Below, one piece after another: positions 7,537-15,243 of a stretch of 31,084 nucleotides of DNA. Under the pieces are notes generated by a model. It was not told the origin of the DNA and did not search any database. It saw only the letters and a list, made by a program, of their open reading frames with translations. Position 1 is the first letter of the stretch; the number at the start of each line of letters is the position of its first letter. This DNA comes from a virus (Duplodnaviria > Caudoviricetes), in the IMG/VR virus record IMGVR_UViG_3300027656_000032, positions 1 to 31,084 of that record, one strand, 5' to 3'. The translations under genes and the position numbers were made by a program.

Positions 7537-7887
7537 TTACTTCACCAACTCCAATTTCACACCTTGAGGTTGCGAGCGCATGGCGCGTGCATACTTCACG
7601 GCGGTGATAAGTTGTTCAGCCAAAGTAAGTGCCTCGCTTTCGCTCACGCTTGCGAGTTTGATAGCAAGATCAGGAACGGCTGACCTCGCCTTATCCATCA
7701 TCCGTGCTGCATCGGATGACTTCAAATCTGTGATCAAGAGGCTTTCAATAGACTCCAAATGTGCCATTGGAACGGCTGCCAGGACATCCTCGACCAAATC
7801 AAGGTTGGCATCGCGCTCTTCAAGATAGATTGCCACATCCCCATTCAGGGAGTTGTGAACCGAAAAGAGAGGGTCGCGGTTGATCAA
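7537..7887 (-). CDS. Hypothetical protein
   Basis: Open frame abutting the resolvase gene; TTG 7887 overlaps the upstream stop (TTGA); GTG 7896 is an alternative start. Confidence 0.7.
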   Translation of the reverse strand: MINRDPLFSVHNSLNGDVAIYLEERDANLDLVEDVLAAVPMAHLESIESLLITDLKSSDAARMMDKARSAVPDLAIKLASVSESEALTLAEQLITAVKYARAMRSQPQGVKLELVK

Positions 7888-8006
7888 TAGCCCCACCCAC
7901 CCTCTGAGTGTGTAATCTGTGCGGTGAACCTGTCCTCAAGGGCTAAAAGCCCCCACGCAAGCCCTGTGACGGCGATTGCGCCCCCAATAACGACCAAAAG
8001 CATCAT
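7884..8006 (-). CDS. Small single-pass membrane protein (40 aa, not in ORF track)
   Basis: MMLLVVIGGAIAVTGLAWGLLALEDRF...; AAAGGAGAGGGG RBS; first gene of the leftward operon. Confidence 0.65.
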   Translation of the reverse strand: MMLLVVIGGAIAVTGLAWGLLALEDRFTAQITHSEGGWGY

Positions 8007-8048
8007 TCATCCCCTCTCCTTTGGAATGCGCCAATGGTGACATAGAAG

Positions 8049-8057
8049 TTATCCACA
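8049..8057 (+). promoter_or_regulatory. Consensus DnaA box
   Basis: Perfect TTATCCACA in the non-coding divergent region. Confidence 0.6.
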
Positions 8058-8096
8058 GGGGTACAAGACACGCTGAAAGATTGTTTGTGTCATGTA

Positions 8097-8124
8097 TTGA
8101 CATCCGTATGGATGAGAGTATTGT
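8097..8124 (+). promoter_or_regulatory. Housekeeping-sigma promoter with operator-like palindrome
   Basis: TTGACA (8097-8102), 16-nt spacer, TATTGT (8119-8124); CATCC-GTAT-GGATG palindrome at 8101-8114. Confidence 0.7.
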
Positions 8125-8166
8125 TCTTCTTGTAGGGGGAACGGCTCCCACAGAAAAGAGCTAGAA

Positions 8167-8385
8167 ATGAACGCAACAACTAAGAGCAAGAAAGTCGGAG
8201 ATGTCATCGTGACACTTTGTCTCACAGAAGATGAAGGTCTTTGTGTTGAAGATGGTGGCAAGTGGTTATTGATGTGCGAAACACATGGCGGAATTGTTCA
8301 AGATACAAATAAAAACCGTTTATGGGGTTGGGCATCATTTCCTCAAGAATGGTGCGAAGAATGTCGCGCAAAGGCAGGTGCATAA
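8167..8385 (+). CDS. Hypothetical early protein (Cys/His-containing)
   Basis: First ORF after the promoter; CETH and WCEEC motifs; TAATG coupling to the next gene. Confidence 0.7.
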   Translation: MNATTKSKKVGDVIVTLCLTEDEGLCVEDGGKWLLMCETHGGIVQDTNKNRLWGWASFPQEWCEECRAKAGA

Positions 8386-8543
8386 TGGCAAAAAAGAATT
8401 GGTATTCAGTAATCATAATTGCTGAAAAAACAGTACGCATTTATGCGGAAGATGCGCAAGATGCTCAAGATAAAGCGAATGACAAATATCAACCATTATG
8501 GAGTGCAGAACAGGCATGGAGAGAGGATGGAACAATCGAATGA
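8385..8543 (+). CDS. Hypothetical protein (52 aa)
   Basis: MAKKNWYSVIII...; coupled on both sides (TAATG, ATGA). Confidence 0.65.
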   Translation: MAKKNWYSVIIIAEKTVRIYAEDAQDAQDKANDKYQPLWSAEQAWREDGTIE

Positions 8544-8704
8544 TCACAAAGCGCGGAAAGAAAGTACGAGCAATTGCATTTGCAGTTGGCATTATTGTCA
8601 TTTGGCAAGTTGCAATGAATCTGTGGTGGGTTGGCATTGATGCGCCCAATGCAGAGTTTCTTGGTTGGTGTTGGGGTTCAATGAGCGAATGTGTGGTGTT
8701 GTAA
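8540..8704 (+). CDS. Small membrane protein (54 aa)
   Basis: MITKRGKKVR basic N-terminus, hydrophobic helix, Trp/Cys-rich tail; coupled on both sides. Confidence 0.7.
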   Translation: MITKRGKKVRAIAFAVGIIVIWQVAMNLWWVGIDAPNAEFLGWCWGSMSECVVL

Positions 8705-8835
8705 TGGTCGGAAAGAAAATCAGGTCAGTTAGAGTCAGCGACCAAGTATGGGCGAAGGCGAAGGCGAAGGCACAGTCAGAAGGCAAATCAGTTTCCGAAG
8801 TAATCGTTGACTTTTTGAAGGGATATATCAAATGA
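8704..8835 (+). CDS. Ribbon-helix-helix DNA-binding protein (43 aa, not in ORF track)
   Basis: MVGKKIRSVRVSDQVWAKAKAKAQSEGKSVSEVIVDFLKGYIK has the RHH strand-helix-G..S-helix pattern. Confidence 0.82.
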   Translation: MVGKKIRSVRVSDQVWAKAKAKAQSEGKSVSEVIVDFLKGYIK

Positions 8836-9290
8836 CAAAAGCCAAAACCGCCATTGCCTTTGCCGAAAGAGGTTGGCACATCTTGCCTGTTGCTCCTTAT
8901 CAAAAGACACCATTCTTCCCCATTGCAACTCATGGGTATAAGTCAGCGACAACTGACATTGAATCCATTGAAAAATGGTTCACTCGCGCACCGATGCTCA
9001 ACATTGGCATCGCTTGCGCACCTTCAAACTTAGTTGTCTTTGACATTGACTACCGAAACGGCGGAACAACTGAAGGTTTGAATTTAGATACATTCACAGT
9101 TGCAACAGGCGATGGCTTGCATCTGTATTACACCGCCCCTGCCGATGCTAAGTTCAAGGGAAAATTACGTGAAGGCGTTGACATCAAGCACAATGGATAT
9201 GTTGTGGGTGCAGGGTCATTGCACGAATCAGGCAAGTTCTATGAAGTCGTCAAAGACATCCAACCTGCACCGATGATGGAGTGGATTTAG
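8832..9290 (+). CDS. Stand-alone Prim-Pol (bifunctional primase/polymerase N-terminal) domain
   Basis: GWHILPV..KTP..HGYKSATTD..NIGIAC..VFDID..T..GLHLYY..GVDIK..GYVVG.GS; no PriCT or helicase domain. Confidence 0.88.
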   Translation: MTKAKTAIAFAERGWHILPVAPYQKTPFFPIATHGYKSATTDIESIEKWFTRAPMLNIGIACAPSNLVVFDIDYRNGGTTEGLNLDTFTVATGDGLHLYYTAPADAKFKGKLREGVDIKHNGYVVGAGSLHESGKFYEVVKDIQPAPMMEWI

Positions 9291-9303
9291 CCTAAAAAAG
9301 ACA

Positions 9304-9350
9304 AAGAAATCCCCCTCACCATGACCGACTGATGGTGAGGGGGATTTCTT
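9304..9350. terminator. Probable bidirectional terminator between convergent operons
   Basis: Perfect 19-bp inverted repeat AAGAAATCCCCCTCACCAT / ATGGTGAGGGGGATTTCTT with a 9-nt loop; T-rich tail on the minus strand. Confidence 0.88.
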
Positions 9351-10212
9351 ATTCGGCAAGTGCCAGAGCAATGCCTTCTTCGAGGGAGATTTCTGGTTCA
9401 TATACTTCAAGCATCCCAGTCGGGTCGCCTACGCGGTATTCAACACCTATTGGCGCATCAAGATTGTTTTTGATAGGCGCAAGATAACCTGCTTGCAACA
9501 TCACCATTTCTGCCAATTCAATGAATGAGGTTGGGCGACCTGTGCAGATATTCATTGTTTTAACATCATTCATCACGGCTGCAAATGTAGCTCCAACGAC
9601 ATCATCAATGTGAACAAAGTCGCGCACTTGGGTACCTCTGCCCCACACTTCAAATGGGTCTGCCTTGCGCTTGGCGCGTTCAATAAAAGATGGAAATGGG
9701 TAATCAAGTGCCTGATCTGAACCGTATCCACTAAATGGGCGCAACACAGTTACCTTCAGACCTTCGGCTCGTGCATATGAAGCAAGCATTTCGCCCGATA
9801 ACTTCGCCCAACCATAGGTGAAATCAGGTGTGCGAATGTGTTCAAGATTGATGTCAATTTCACGCAATTTTTGTTGATAAGCAAGTCTTTGCAAGAAGAT
9901 TGGGTAAGCCGCACTTGATGAGAAATAGACAATATGCTTCGGGCGAGTTCTCAGCGCCCATTGGAACATATCTGCATCGATGGCAAGGTCAGAGGCAACT
10001 GACAAAGGGTTTCCCTCAATGGTCATCCGTCCACCGACAATCGCCGCGAGATGAATCACGATGTCAAACTGTGTGGTGTCCGTGGCGAAGAAATGTCGGA
10101 CTTCCTTGCCATTTACTAGGTCAATGCCTGTGATGTCGTGGCGTTGTTTTGCAAGTGCGCGATGAAATGCACGCCCAACAAAGCCGGCATCGCCTGTGAT
10201 CAGAATTTTCAT
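9349..10212 (-). CDS. NAD-dependent nucleotide-sugar epimerase/dehydratase (extended SDR)
   Basis: TGDAGFVG, HLAA, SSSAAY, YGWAK, RDFVHIDD; ATG 10212 coupled by TAATG. Confidence 0.92.
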   Translation of the reverse strand: MKILITGDAGFVGRAFHRALAKQRHDITGIDLVNGKEVRHFFATDTTQFDIVIHLAAIVGGRMTIEGNPLSVASDLAIDADMFQWALRTRPKHIVYFSSSAAYPIFLQRLAYQQKLREIDINLEHIRTPDFTYGWAKLSGEMLASYARAEGLKVTVLRPFSGYGSDQALDYPFPSFIERAKRKADPFEVWGRGTQVRDFVHIDDVVGATFAAVMNDVKTMNICTGRPTSFIELAEMVMLQAGYLAPIKNNLDAPIGVEYRVGDPTGMLEVYEPEISLEEGIALALAE

Positions 10213-10934
10213 TATTGCCCCCACTCATACAAATATTTATCATCACCCGATAAAGTCACAGATTTCTGTTGATCAACGGTGAAGATAAACCTATCATTCT
10301 CGTCTAAAGCTGCACCAATATGACTTACCTGGTTGACAGGTTCAAGCAGATATGACTTGCGGATGGATTTACCCTCAACTTCAGTTTCATAGAACTCGTC
10401 ATGAACAAAACACGAGAACTGAATCCGTGGATAAATCAGGTTTCTCAAGAAATCTTGGTCTTGGGTGTAATAATCCTTGATATCAACAGACTCAATCAAG
10501 GTTCGGATGTCTTTGAACAAGGCAGAGCGAACTGTGAACATACCTGCATTGATTGGGTAATTGTGACCAATCGGGTGATCCTTCATGATGTGAGCATCAA
10601 GACCTGACTCAAGGAACTCTTCGTGTGCTTTGAGTTCGCGCAAAGACAGTCGAGCATCGGCATCGCGGAAGGCAACAAAGTCATAATCTAGTTCACAGGC
10701 GAGAAATCGCCATAACTTGGCGGTGTGATCTTCAGGTGCATCTGTTTGAATAACTCGAACATTGGGAAACAGGCGCAGGGTTGAAATTACCCAGGAAGGC
10801 ACCGATTGACCCACAAAGAAGATGAGGTCATATTCCTCATCTAAAATCTGTTGAGCAATGATGGCATTTTTGATTGCTCCGACTGAGTACCGAAGGTCTG
10901 ACCCATACAAAGAAAAGGAGATTGCCTGTTTCAT
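10212..10934 (-). CDS. Putative glycosyltransferase-like protein (GT-A fold)
   Basis: ISFSLYG..WRF..FRDAD (DxD)..HIMKDHP..AGMF..DQDFL; lies between a GT and the epimerase. Confidence 0.65.
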   Translation of the reverse strand: MKQAISFSLYGSDLRYSVGAIKNAIIAQQILDEEYDLIFFVGQSVPSWVISTLRLFPNVRVIQTDAPEDHTAKLWRFLACELDYDFVAFRDADARLSLRELKAHEEFLESGLDAHIMKDHPIGHNYPINAGMFTVRSALFKDIRTLIESVDIKDYYTQDQDFLRNLIYPRIQFSCFVHDEFYETEVEGKSIRKSYLLEPVNQVSHIGAALDENDRFIFTVDQQKSVTLSGDDKYLYEWGQ

Positions 10935-11599
10935 TTGCGAAGTTTCTTCAGTAAGACCTCGTATGCTTCAGATTCAATATAGTTTTTGTAAGCAAGAGCA
11001 TCGGCAGAATAAACTTCCTGCGCGTTGACCTCACGATAGCCTTCATCCCATTCAGCTTTTCCTGCAAGCGGATGCATATGCTCAATGATGACATCTTCAA
11101 GATAGGTCAAAGCCCCTAAATCCTCGCCCAATTGCTTCCAAAAGTTGTCAAGATAAAGATGCTTCATATTCGGTGGCACCATTCCATCAAGTGCGCCAAC
11201 AATATCTGATGTCATTGAGACCATTGTTGGAAGGCGCTTGCCTTGAAGTAGGTCGTTGCCGTAGGCAAGTGACGGTGCCTGTTGCAACGCCTGAATTAAG
11301 AGTGCATCCCAATCGGCGGTGCGTGGGCGGTGGTCATCGCCGATGAAGGTGAAGTATTTGTATTTGTCCTGGTATTTGCGTGCCACATAATTGAGTGGCT
11401 TTGCCATACCTCGTGAATCATTGTTGCAGGTGATTACATAATCATCGCCTACTTCAAAGACATAATCATCTGCCTTTGGGTCGTCATAGTCCACAATGAA
11501 GAGCAATCGTGAGGCAGATGACAGGTCATCGTGACAGGCTAAGAGTTCAACTGCATTTTGTGGTCGCCCACGAGTTGGAACAAGCGTGATCATTTCCAT
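10931..11599 (-). CDS. Glycosyltransferase, family 2-like
   Basis: LVPTRGRP..VDYDD..LN..GDDH..YLDN..IEHMH GT-A pattern. Confidence 0.82.
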   Translation of the reverse strand: MEMITLVPTRGRPQNAVELLACHDDLSSASRLLFIVDYDDPKADDYVFEVGDDYVITCNNDSRGMAKPLNYVARKYQDKYKYFTFIGDDHRPRTADWDALLIQALQQAPSLAYGNDLLQGKRLPTMVSMTSDIVGALDGMVPPNMKHLYLDNFWKQLGEDLGALTYLEDVIIEHMHPLAGKAEWDEGYREVNAQEVYSADALAYKNYIESEAYEVLLKKLRK

Positions 11600-11859
11600 C
11601 GTGATTCAATCTCCCCTGCTATTGAGGCATATGCTGCCAAATCTACAAATGAGTCTTCGTGGTCAGGTGTCTCAATCAAACGAGCTATTTTCACAAGACA
11701 TAAACACAAAGCGACCTGTGAAGGTGTTATCTCAGTTTCAAGATACACTCTCCACAGGTCGGCAATGCGCTTGTGATTTACATACGGTGATCCATAGTTT
11801 TTTTGACGATCAGTATGTGTGAGGCGTTTTGCCTCATCTAAAATTTCCCCCCGATTCAT
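11590..11859 (-). CDS. DUF6378-like phage protein
   Basis: EILDEA..DRQKNYG.P..N..RIA.LW..VAL.L..VKIAR..HEDSFVDLAAYA signature. Confidence 0.78.
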   Translation of the reverse strand: MNRGEILDEAKRLTHTDRQKNYGSPYVNHKRIADLWRVYLETEITPSQVALCLCLVKIARLIETPDHEDSFVDLAAYASIAGEIESRWK

Positions 11860-11861
11860 TT

Positions 11862-12062
11862 TTACTTGCTTCCTCTGCCAAATTCTGTTGACTTGGAATC
11901 AAGTGCCTTCAAAACAGGGCCGGCAACTGCTGCCAATCCTGCTGCAAGGTAATTCTTCACAGGTTGATTTGGGTCTGCAAGATATAAAGCTACAACGGCT
12001 GCTGCTGCTGCTCGCAGATATGTCTTTGCGATTGCTTCAAGTTTTACTTTGTCAAACATCAT
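11862..12062 (-). CDS. Holin-like membrane protein
   Basis: 66 aa, two hydrophobic Ala-rich helices, basic C-terminus, directly after the endolysin. Confidence 0.75.
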   Translation of the reverse strand: MMFDKVKLEAIAKTYLRAAAAAVVALYLADPNQPVKNYLAAGLAAVAGPVLKALDSKSTEFGRGSK

Positions 12063-12565
12063 TACTCCTTAAAAGTAGGCTTGCCGAATCCAACAATGAA
12101 CACAGGCAAGGATGGTTGTAACTTACCCCGATTTTTCTTCTTATAGGCGCGAACCTTACGGCAAACTTGACCGCCATTGCGCTGATCGCCCTTTTTATCA
12201 GGTGCCGTGTTGCCCTCAATTGTCACAACAGTTCCATCATCTCGCACCTGTAGCACAATTCCCACATGAGAGATTCGGTCAACATTATCTGAGGGGAAAT
12301 CAAAGAAGGCGATATCACCTGGCATGGGCGTGGCAGTTTCGGCATCTTGCCACTTGCCCTTTGCTTGGAAGGCTTCTGCCCCTGACGGGGTAAATGTGCA
12401 GTTGGGAATTGAGGTCACTTTTGCTTGTTTTGCCACCCAATTAACGAAGGCTCCGCACCACGGTTGGTTTGCCTTTTGATAGTGGGTTTGATTTTCAGCA
12501 GGGCCTTCAATGAAGCCTTCTTCGCCTCGTGCCACATCAAGAAACTTATTGAGTTGAGCTGACAT
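12062..12565 (-). CDS. Endolysin, CHAP domain
   Basis: PWCGAFV..GDIAFFD..SHVGIV..TIEGNT; ATG 12565 after AAGGGGAG. Confidence 0.9.
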   Translation of the reverse strand: MSAQLNKFLDVARGEEGFIEGPAENQTHYQKANQPWCGAFVNWVAKQAKVTSIPNCTFTPSGAEAFQAKGKWQDAETATPMPGDIAFFDFPSDNVDRISHVGIVLQVRDDGTVVTIEGNTAPDKKGDQRNGGQVCRKVRAYKKKNRGKLQPSLPVFIVGFGKPTFKE

Positions 12566-12830
12566 TGTTCTCCCCTTGTTTTGGTTTTGATTTGAGTCCA
12601 TTTGCAGAGACTATCCCTGCCAAAGTTCCTGTGAGAAAGACCGTCAATGTTGCAACTAGGTCAATGAAGGCTGCATCATTGGGTGCTTGCTTCATCGGTT
12701 GGGTGACAAATACTAATGCCCAAAGGAGCGCAAATACTGATCCTGCAAAGACGATTGCAAGGATGATTCCAATGCTGACAACAAGTCGAGCGTGTAATTC
12801 TTCAGGTGTGTATCGGTCACGGCGTTTCAT
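12546..12830 (-). CDS. Two-TM membrane protein (lysis cassette)
   Basis: MKRRDRY start at 12830, two long hydrophobic segments. Confidence 0.75.
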   Translation of the reverse strand: MKRRDRYTPEELHARLVVSIGIILAIVFAGSVFALLWALVFVTQPMKQAPNDAAFIDLVATLTVFLTGTLAGIVSANGLKSKPKQGENNVSSTQ

Positions 12831-13005
12831 CAAATATCTCCGGAAGTAGGTCAGAGGTGCAGGTTCCTGTGATGTCGCATTGCGGTTTGTTGCATTCAGG
12901 TTTTTCCCAATTTTCAAACTCTTGGCAAGGGTAGCGAACCCAACCTTGATAACTGCAACCGCTAAGAGTTAGAGCGAGAAAGAAGGATGCGATAAATCTC
13001 TTCAA
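12817..13005 (-). CDS. Small Cys-rich lipoprotein
   Basis: TTG 13005 after GGAG; MKRFIASFFLALTLSG-C lipobox; four further Cys. Confidence 0.75.
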   Translation of the reverse strand: MKRFIASFFLALTLSGCSYQGWVRYPCQEFENWEKPECNKPQCDITGTCTSDLLPEIFDETP

Positions 13006-13165
13006 CCTGTCGCTCCAATCTTGAAACGGAGTCTTTGAGACTTGAGCCAGAATTGGGCTTGAGTTCATTGAGGTAATGCTTAACAAGCCAGCGAACCGCC
13101 GTTGCAAAAGCACCAATGATGGTGATGATTGCAACTGCAAGAGCAGCGTAATCCTGTGCCGTCAT
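12962..13165 (-). CDS. Single-TM plus coiled-coil membrane protein (lysis cassette)
   Basis: N-terminal hydrophobic helix, then PNSGSSLKDSVSRLERQVEEIY. Confidence 0.75.
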   Translation of the reverse strand: MTAQDYAALAVAIITIIGAFATAVRWLVKHYLNELKPNSGSSLKDSVSRLERQVEEIYRILLSRSNS

Positions 13166-13416
13166 TTGCCAATAGCCATCACTTGCATGATCACGGTTCC
13201 TGAACTTGTAATTGCCCAGATTCCGTTTGCCTTATTTTCAACAGTCAATTTGTCACCATTGTCCATGCGGTATCCGGTTGATGTTGTCACATCGCTATTG
13301 CCTAAGAAGCAAGTGCCGCTTGAGCTGTGAAGATAGACCATCTCTGCTTCTTGCGTTGCATCAACAAGTGCTGTTGGCGATGTTGTCACGGTGACTTGGC
13401 GTGTGGAAATGCCCAT
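13162..13416 (-). CDS. Small beta-rich hypothetical protein (possible virion protein)
   Basis: 84 aa, AAGGAG RBS, Thr-rich beta-strand pattern. Confidence 0.7.
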   Translation of the reverse strand: MGISTRQVTVTTSPTALVDATQEAEMVYLHSSSGTCFLGNSDVTTSTGYRMDNGDKLTVENKANGIWAITSSGTVIMQVMAIGK

Positions 13417-13443
13417 TGTTACTCCTTGATCGGTGGTGGATGT

Positions 13444-13674
13444 TTAGCCTAGAAGAGCTGCAACTTCATCGGCGGTGAGACCGAGTTTTGTAAGTTTGCC
13501 TTCGGCGCTTGCTTTGGCTGCTGCCTTTGCCGCTGCCGCTTCTTCTGCTGCTAGGGCATCGGCTGCAGCCTGTGCTGCTGCTGCTTCCATTTCAGCAATC
13601 TCAGCATCAGTCAATTCAATGATTGACTCAACGCCTGTTTCGCAGTTGATTTCTATTCTTGTTGGTCGTGTCAT
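13444..13674 (-). CDS. Tail-fibre-associated small protein
   Basis: EINCETG..LTDAEIAE..Ala-rich..KLGLTADEV, located after the fibre genes; AAGGAG RBS. Confidence 0.65.
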   Translation of the reverse strand: MTRPTRIEINCETGVESIIELTDAEIAEMEAAAAQAAADALAAEEAAAAKAAAKASAEGKLTKLGLTADEVAALLG

Positions 13675-13684
13675 TTATTGCTCC

Positions 13685-14200
13685 TTATGAGTTTTTGATG
13701 CCGTAGAGATAAAAAGATGAATTTGTGACCCAATTATTACTATCTGGTGTAATTGTTAAAGAAGTTATAGCACTAGTATTTGTCCAAAGCCCTGCTCCTA
13801 CCAGAATTCTTGCAGTTGTTGTGTTATTCTCTTGAACTGCAAAATAAGAAGTAGGTTTATTTTGACTTAGAGTGTATGAAGGAATATAAATTTCTGCGTT
13901 ACCAAAAGTATTTGTAGTTCCAGTGCTTCCGCTTGCATATCCACTAAATATATAAGGTTGGTTAGCACCCCTACTTGAAGAAGCATTACTGCCATTACCT
14001 AATAAATATGTATAAGAATACGGAGTTCCAGTTTGTCCATTTATAGTAAGATTTAATAGTGCAATGCTTGAAGCAACATCACCTCTTGCGCTAACACTCA
14101 ATACTAAATCCGTATAAGTGCTAGGAATGGCAGAAAAAGTAACAAATGCAGCAGAACTAGTAAGCGTATTAGATGAAATAAGTGTGTAAGTAATTGCCAT
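13685..14200 (-). CDS. Tail-tip/receptor-binding-like beta protein, paralogue 3
   Basis: Shares ..TFSAIPSTYTDL..W.NT.AITS..LYGI motifs with its two neighbours. Confidence 0.72.
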   Translation of the reverse strand: MAITYTLISSNTLTSSAAFVTFSAIPSTYTDLVLSVSARGDVASSIALLNLTINGQTGTPYSYTYLLGNGSNASSSRGANQPYIFSGYASGSTGTTNTFGNAEIYIPSYTLSQNKPTSYFAVQENNTTTARILVGAGLWTNTSAITSLTITPDSNNWVTNSSFYLYGIKNS

Positions 14201-14709
14201 TATGCAGCCTTAATTCCATAGAGAGTGGCAGTAGTACCGACTGCAAAGTTGGTACTACCTGATAGTAGCAAATTTACCGAAGTTACTGCGGTTGTTGTTT
14301 GCATTAATCCAACAGTTGTAAAAATGTTTCCTGAACCATTCAAATCGCATGAAGTTTTTGCTAAAATACTTTTGAATACACCCGATGATAAATAGTAACT
14401 AAAAATATCAATTTCTGCAAAAAATGGCAGAGTAGAACTAAGGGTGCCACCTGTGGTAAGTAAAAAATTAACATCAAGAGGATTTGAGACAGAAGTTGCT
14501 GTGCCGCCATTTCCTAAAAGGAATGTACCAGTGTAAAGTGACGCACTATTGTTGTTCAATCGCATAAGTAAATCTGTTCCGCCAGCAGCAGGTGACCCAT
14601 TTATAATTACTTTTAAATCAGTAAATGCAGAACTAATTGAATTGAAATTTATAGAAGTCGCAACACTGCCTAGAGTTGTGGTTGCGATTGAATCGTATGT
14701 AAGTGGCAT
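14200..14709 (-). CDS. Tail-tip/receptor-binding-like beta protein, paralogue 2
   Basis: ..INFNSISSAFTDL..AVTSV..ATLYGI motifs. Confidence 0.72.
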   Translation of the reverse strand: MPLTYDSIATTTLGSVATSINFNSISSAFTDLKVIINGSPAAGGTDLLMRLNNNSASLYTGTFLLGNGGTATSVSNPLDVNFLLTTGGTLSSTLPFFAEIDIFSYYLSSGVFKSILAKTSCDLNGSGNIFTTVGLMQTTTAVTSVNLLLSGSTNFAVGTTATLYGIKAA

Positions 14710-15243
14710 TTAATTAACTCCATACAGTGCGAAAGTAGTATTGTTAGCGCAGTTGCTAGGAGTGTATAAGGTTACGCTAGTTATTGCTGCCGTGTTTAAC
14801 CAAAGTCCTGACCTTAAACTTATATTGCCTGATGCGCTTCTATCAATACCACTAAAAATTCTTACGGTTTTGTTTTTAACAGTAGAGGCGTAACTGTCAA
14901 TGTCAATAATTCCAACACTAAACATGTTAGTAGCATCACTTAATGAAACAATTGATATACCAGTAATTGCTCCAGAAGCGTCACCGCTAGCACTTGCAAT
15001 GCTACGATTGCCTTGTAATATATGTTGAGCGTAGTTAGTTCCTGTGTCTGCATTAAAACGAAGGTTTAACGTATCAAAATTTAGATTGTTTCCAATAAAT
15101 CTAATTTGCAAAGATTTGTAGGTAGACGGAATAGAACTAAACGTAATGGTTGATACGCCATTACCACTTGCAGTAGCAATAGAATTAAAAGCACCTGTCA
15201 CTTTTAATTTTGAAGAAGCAATAACCCCAATGATCGGTGTCAT
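14710..15243 (-). CDS. Tail-tip/receptor-binding-like beta protein, paralogue 1
   Basis: ATG 15243 (ATGA overlap); ..ITFSSIPSTYKSL..W.NTAAITS..FALYGV motifs. Confidence 0.72.
   Translation of the reverse strand: MTPIIGVIASSKLKVTGAFNSIATASGNGVSTITFSSIPSTYKSLQIRFIGNNLNFDTLNLRFNADTGTNYAQHILQGNRSIASASGDASGAITGISIVSLSDATNMFSVGIIDIDSYASTVKNKTVRIFSGIDRSASGNISLRSGLWLNTAAITSVTLYTPSNCANNTTFALYGVN

Noticed and set aside
7936-8261. Minus-strand ORFs 7936-8151 and 8049-8261
   Set aside because: They cross the promoter region and overlap better-supported genes; the 40-aa TM ORF at 7884-8006 fits the RBS and coupling better.
9349-11859. DNA hypermodification pathway
   Set aside because: No enzyme creating a glycosylatable base and no phage polymerase were seen; less likely than protein or surface glycosylation, though not excluded.
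13432-13439. GGTGGTGG as a Chi recombination site
   Set aside because: One mismatch from E. coli Chi, few copies, and no basis for that Chi sequence in an actinobacterial host.
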